Origin: Vitrella brassicaformis CCMP3155
Taxonomy: Eukaryota > Protista > Chromerida
Direction of reading: 5' to 3'
DNA length: 13,806 bases
NCBI GenBank assembly: GCA_001179505.1
Contig: CDMY01000873.1
Coordinates: 1-13,806 of the forward strand
Below, one piece after another: positions 8,961 through 13,806 of the stretch (its first letter is position 1; every line of letters begins with the position of its first letter). The notes under the pieces were generated by a model, which made no database searches, had not been told where the DNA came from, and saw only the letters and a list, made by a program, of their open reading frames with translations. The translations under genes and the position numbers were made by a program.

Positions 8961-10488
8961 ATGGATACGACCACAGTGCAAGAACAGCAAGCACTTGACG
9001 TAGGCGAGCGCACTCACACACGGATGGATGACACAAGACACCTGTGCACCACCTACTGTGTCTTGTGTTTGTGGTCGGTTGACTCAATCAGGAGTCGGAT
9101 TTGCCAGGGGCGCCCTCCACGCCGCGTATCGAGCGGCTGTTTTTCGACTTCAGCTCCACCGGTTACTGTAGCAACAGGCCACGCCTCCCTCCCCCCTCAC
9201 CCAAGCCCTCCCCTCCCACCTCCCCCATTGCCATAGCCATCGTGGGTTTGATGCGCAGCTACGACCGATTCGGCTACGACGGCCGGATCACACAGGTCGA
9301 CTTCCTCCGCCACGCCATCGCGGCAATCGCGAGCTGCTTCGTACTGCCGGGCGAGTGGTACCCATCTGGCTCTCCCGCGACGCAGTTCCATCGCATCACC
9401 TACACCATCTGGAAGCGAGACGAGGGGCGTGTCGTTGAGCACCTGCTGCGCACCCACGCCGATCTCACCTGCAGCGGCATACAGGTGCCGCGCAACAACT
9501 GGACCTACAAGGAGTTTATCACAGCTGCAGTGGCGGTACGTATGTGTGAAGGGACGCACGCACCGCAGCGCAAAGGGGGAGGGCAGGAAGGAAGCACAGA
9601 GAGGCACACAGGGCAGTCAGTCAGAGGAGAAATGTAGAGCCGAATGACTTGCTCCCTCTTTCTTTCTGGTGCACCGTCAGGCGTTTCCCCAGTTGAAGCG
9701 GTTTCTTCCCAAGCCACCACCCCCCCCGCCGCCCAGCTGGTTTCCCGCGGTGCCGCCCCCTCCCACACACACCACACACACCCCCTGTCCGTCAAGGTCG
9801 TCTGTGGCTCATCCTACTCGGTTCGCACAACCACACCACACACAATCTCGACCCCTCGAGAAGCACTCGGTGTGGTCGTGCTTTGTCTGTCAGGCTATTC
9901 CCTCCGGCTGGAGGTGCCCAAGAAGCTCGATACATCCTCGAGCACCAGCAGCAGCAGCAGCGCCAGCGCCACCCGCCCCCCTCTTCCTCCGTCGCAGCCC
10001 CCGCCGCCTATGAGACCCCCACAAGTCCATCGCCACCCCCGACCCCCCAGTCGCAGCTGCAGAGCCACATCGGGCAGGCAGGCTCGGGCAATCACGCTGG
10101 GGCGAAGACGCGGCAGCTGTGGGTGGCAAAAGGCAGCGTGCCGGCGGGTCCACCTGTCGGACCAGCCGCGGCGGGCAGCAGCGGCAGTGGTGCAAGGCTC
10201 GTGAACGGCGCCGTCACCCTCCTCAAGAGGCCCCCAAAGGAGTGGCCCGGAGCTGCCGTATGAGGAGCGACTGGAGAAGTACGAGCAGCGCAAGAAAGAG
10301 CTAGGTTTGGCCCCCACTGATGAGAGCCGCCCCCCCACCACGACCGCCGTGGCAGAAAGGTTCATCAAACAGCACCTCGGCCACAAACCGTAAGCCGACA
10401 CATACACGGCTTATCACACGTCAATCGCTTCCTCTCTATCTTCGTGTGTCACCTACTTGTCCACAGGGACCGCCGCACACGACACTGA
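8961..10488 (+). CDS. Uncharacterised protein: unknown globular domain, Pro/Gln-rich linker, SUZ-like and R3HCC1-like C-terminal motifs (frame break near 10231-10250)
   Basis: Model join(8961..8999,9092..9161,9237..9535,9681..9820,9894..10263) gives 305 aa ending LLKRPPKEWPGAAV*. The +1 frame continues ELPYEERLEKYEQRKKELGL...RPPTTTAVAERFIKQHLGHKP to a GTAAGC donor at 10390, then 10467..10488. Start codon and 3' end are uncertain. Confidence 0.6.
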
Positions 10489-10584
10489 GACCACCAAGTG
10501 CGTAGTGCTCCCTCCCCAGAGCAACAGCCCCCCTCATCAGTCGCAGACAGACACGTCGCCCACCATCTACAGAATACGGCAACC

Positions 10585-11050
10585 ATGTCACTCTGTAGAT
10601 GGGTGGGGGGGACATGGTGAGTCTTGTCGTGTCTCATGATGGGCGATTCAATTCTGACGTGTCTGTCTGGCCTTTTATCAGGTCTGCCCATCGTTGCCTA
10701 CACTTTATATCGTGGAGAAATGTTCTTCCTTTGCCCAGCTGCTTGATTGCCAGGGCAAGACGGCTGGTGCCCTATCTTGGCCTCCAGCCTCGTTTGCGGC
10801 GCGCCGGCCGGTCACTCGGCTCAGTGGTGGTGTCCATGGAGGCGGAGCAGGGCGACCAGGGCAACGGCGCAAAACTCGTGTGGCAGCAGGAAGGTATGAG
10901 ACCTACACACAGACACATACACACGGCGGAGGTCATCTCTCATCTCTTGTCATGTTCTCATCGCTTTCACGTGTGTGTGTGTGTGTAGGAGATGGCCAGC
11001 CACTTGTGTCTGCGAAGGCGGTGCTTATGGCACGGGCCCATCGGGACTGA
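10585..11050 (+). other. Possible further spliced exons (3' UTR, extension of the upstream gene, or a small separate ORF)
   Basis: Good splice signals: GTGAGT at 10617, acceptor at 10681 (or 10753), GTATGA at 10894, acceptor at 10988. Phases join ATG 10585 to TGA 11050. No recognisable domain. Confidence 0.3.
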
Positions 11051-11271
11051 TGGATGGATGGATATATGTATCAACACTGGAGCAGGACATGGAATTAAGA
11101 AGCGCGATGAAAAAAGGCACATGTAGAAGACAGGGGTCCACGCAACATACGTACCGTCAAGTGCCAGCTGACCGTCATGACGCAGGGAGACGCATCGGTC
11201 AATACATGGAAGCAACACGGACATAGGAACACGCGGACACAACGGATGACACGTAACAGATCAGGCCATGA

Positions 11272-12275
11272 TCAGTCCTCGAGGGCCTTCTGCCTGATCT
11301 CCTCCGTGACCTGACACGCACAAATGCGCACAGCGGACACAGACACATCTGGACTGCCGGTTAAACTTTCTGCGGCGCTTTTCCATTCGTGTGTGGTGGT
11401 TCTCTGACCATTTCTCCATCAATCGTCTTGACATTTGGCACCCTCTTCAACACCAGTGGTTTGGCCTCATCCTGCCACACACGGAGATAGACAGACACAC
11501 ATCTTTGGTCCAGTCGATTGGCGTCTCTCTCTCTCTCTCTCTCTCCCCCTCATGTCTCTCTCTCACCCTTGTGAGTCCGTCATAGATGGGGTTGCCGACA
11601 AAAAGGACATTGGTGATCTCGGGAAGAGACGCCTGCACGCATCGCACACCAAACCACCCAGAGAGAATGCACCATCGGCCACCGACAAGGGAGGGAGACG
11701 CCGTCTCTTTCTGTTACGTGGCCGCTGGGCTGACCAGTTTTTCGAGTTCCTCGAAGCTCTTGATTTTGTTGTTGCTCATAAAGAGGACCTGCAGCTTGAC
11801 GCAAGGCTGCAGCCCGTCGAGCTTCTCAATCTGGTTGTAGGATATCCACAGCTCCCTCAGCGTCTGCCCCACCTCCTCAAGCCCCTGGATCTTCTTGATC
11901 ATATTCCGTCCCAAAGACAGTATCTCCAGGCTCTCTGCACATGACACAAACAACAACACACAACGGCACAATTACACAGGCAGAAACACCAGGGGCTCCC
12001 GCCGTCCATGCGCCTCCTCTGCCCATCTTCTGCCCCGTTCTTCTTTTCGTTCTTATGCGCTCACTTAGTCCGGGCAGGTTGATCATCCTGTCGATGGCAT
12101 TAGTGGATAGGCTGAGATGCTTGCAGACCGCCAGGCTGTTGAGTGCGTTGTCCATCTTGTCGACGGGAGGGATCATGCACGTGAGCTTCACGGCCTCCGC
12201 CTCTGCGGCCGTCTTTCCCTCATTCTTCTCCTCCCACAACTGAATCGCCTTCGCACAACTCGTGCCCTTCGACAT
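11272..12275 (-). CDS. DNAL1: Dynein axonemal light chain 1 (outer-arm LC1, leucine-rich repeat), 192 aa, 5 exons
   Basis: Model complement(join(11272..11310,11409..11471,11567..11632,11735..11934,12065..12275)) = 579 nt. Protein [17 protein letters not shown]...[14 protein letters not shown]...[14 protein letters not shown]...[16 protein letters not shown]...LFMSNNKI...LFVGNPIY...KTIDGEMV matches the LC1 motifs and length. Confidence 0.96.
11524..11545. repeat. (TC)n microsatellite in DNAL1 intron 3
   Basis: Read directly from the sequence. Confidence 0.9.
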
Positions 12276-12440
12276 CGCCGCGGAAAAGGGGAGAAATGCA
12301 CCTCGGCCCCGATAAAAGCTCGCCTCGCCTCTCGGCTTAGCTCGCAGGTGAGGAAAGAGAAGCTGGAGCGGAGGCCCGACAGTGCTTGTGGATTGGAAAG
12401 TGTCGCTCCAGACGGAGGCCTGAGTGGGATCGGGTTTTCG
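12276..12440. promoter_or_regulatory. 165-bp divergent promoter region, DNAL1 / PKA-R
   Basis: Opposing ATGs at 12275 (-) and 12441 (+); AAAAGCTCG at 12314..12322. Confidence 0.6.
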
Positions 12441-13806
12441 ATGTCTTGGCTCTTCACGTGCTGCTGTGTGCCGGTGCGTGCAAACACAGGCGTTGCACAA
12501 CTCAACCCCATGCGAAGCGGCTCGGGGCTCGACGCACACGAGGTGAGAAAACAAGCCAACAGCCACAGGAGGACAACGGACAAAGGCGTGCGCTATGGGT
12601 CTGTGTGTGTGTGTCCATCCATTCACAGGAGGACTTGGAGGGGAGGGGCTCCACACACATGGACAATATGCCCGAGAACTTCAAACGAGTGGTGAGAAAC
12701 AAAGCACAGCACAGCAGAGGTGGGGGGGGGGGGGAGGGGANNNNNNNNNNNNNNNNNNNNNNNNNNNNNNNNNNNNNNNNNNNNNNNNNNNNNNNNNNNN
12801 NNNNNNNNNNNNNNNNNNNNNNNNNNNNNNNNNNNNNNNNNNNNNNNNNNNNNNNNNNNNNNNNNNNNNNNNNNNNNNNNNNNNNNNNNNNNNNNNNNNN
12901 NNNNNNNNNNNNNNNNNNNNNNNNNNNNNNNNNNNNNNNNNNNNNNNNNNNNNNNNNNNNNNNNNNNNNNNNNNNNNNNNNNNNNNNNNNNNNNNNNNNN
13001 NNNNNNNNNNNNNNNNNNNNNNNNNNNNNNNNNNNNNNNNGAGTGCGGGCCCTGGATGTGGGCATGTGTCAATGTTCGCAGAGGAGGACAGGCGTGTCTG
13101 CAGAGGCAGGTGAGGAAGCGCCAGCTCCAGCACGCGATATTGGCAGCCATGTTGACGTGTGTGTGTGCCTTTGTTTCAGTGACCAAGGAGCGCATGGCCA
13201 AGTGGAAAAAGCCTGTCTACCCAAAAGCTGAGGCAGACAAGGTCAGCTGACGACAGCCCCACAAACCGCAACCGACCATCCGCTCCGACCATTGCCTCCT
13301 TCCGGTCCGATTGATTAGGCCAAGATCCGTTCGGTCATCAACACCAAGCTGCAAGTGCTGTTCGGACACCTCGATGACGAGGCGCGAGAAGCGGTCAGCA
13401 AATGATTGACAAACACACACAACACACAGGGCAGCTCGTGTATGTGTGTGTGGTGGTGTCTTGATTGGTGTCTTGTCTGCCTGCAGGTAATCGACGCCAT
13501 GTTCCGGAAGGAAGTCAAGAAGGGCGAGATGCTGATCCAGCAGGGGCAGGAGGGTGACAATTTCTATGTTGTGGATAAAGGCATGTTCGACATACTCGTC
13601 GCCAGAGGCAACAACCCACCAAAGAAGGTCACGGAGGTGAGCATATCAGCGGGCACTCAGTCACCTCTGCATCGGCATCCATCCATCCATCCATCCATCC
13701 ATGCGTGTGTGTGTGTGTGTGCGTGTCAATTTGGTTGCAGGCTGCTCCTGGTTCCTCGTTTGGTGAGCTGGCGTTGATGTACAACGCACCTCGCGCAGCC
13801 ACATGC
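12441..13806 (+). CDS. PKAR: cAMP-dependent protein kinase regulatory subunit (3' partial)
   Basis: Exons 12441..12542, 12629..12691, [gap], 13082..13109, 13180..13241, 13319..13393, 13487..13636, 13741..>13806. Inhibitor site RRTGVSAE, then [27 protein letters not shown], and the phosphate-binding cassette [15 protein letters not shown]. The two 5' exons are less certain than the cNMP-domain exons. Confidence 0.93.
12741..13040. other. Assembly gap (300 N) following a long G run
   Basis: N run; poly-G at about 12722..12739 immediately upstream. Confidence 1.
13676..13721. repeat. Compound (ATCC)n + (GT)n microsatellite in a PKA-R intron
   Basis: Read directly from the sequence. Confidence 0.85.

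Noticed and set aside
8649-9041. 130-aa minus-strand ORF (...LSVADHEAEVHEYRRD...)
   Set aside because: It begins within a plus-strand intron and is antisense to the 5' region of the plus-strand gene; no domain recognised, though it is not fully excluded.
9644-10204. Frame-2 reading of the 9894 exon with UGA readthrough at 10202
   Set aside because: Needs a phase-1 donor, and only a weak one exists (9787); the structured intron 9821..9893 supports frame 1.
12386-13250. ORFs spanning the N run
   Set aside because: Artefacts of translating the assembly gap.

Overview
Eukaryotic, GC-rich, intron-dense nuclear DNA. Most introns are about 60-145 nt GT-AG with UG-rich 3' halves. The style and gene content (flagellar dynein LC1, a PKA-R with no visible docking domain) suggest a chromerid alveolate such as Vitrella; this is inference, not proof. 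Six protein-coding genes were assembled by hand from splice sites and form three head-to-head pairs. Pair 1: a transcription-type cyclin with large insertions (-) and a C3HC4 RING protein (+). Pair 2: a secreted protein with a 9-nt microexon and a possibly bacterial-type beta-sandwich domain (-), and an uncharacterised protein whose SUZ/R3HCC1-like C-terminus lies in a shifted frame (+). Pair 3: dynein light chain 1 (-) and a PKA regulatory subunit (+, runs off the window, 300-N gap). Non-coding highlights: a bulge-free 97-nt hairpin flanked by identical 35-bp direct repeats, an AAAAGCTCG motif seen in all three divergent promoters, and introns whose AC-rich 5' and GT-rich 3' halves are complementary. 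Most ORFs in the supplied track are shadow or intron-spanning ORFs.
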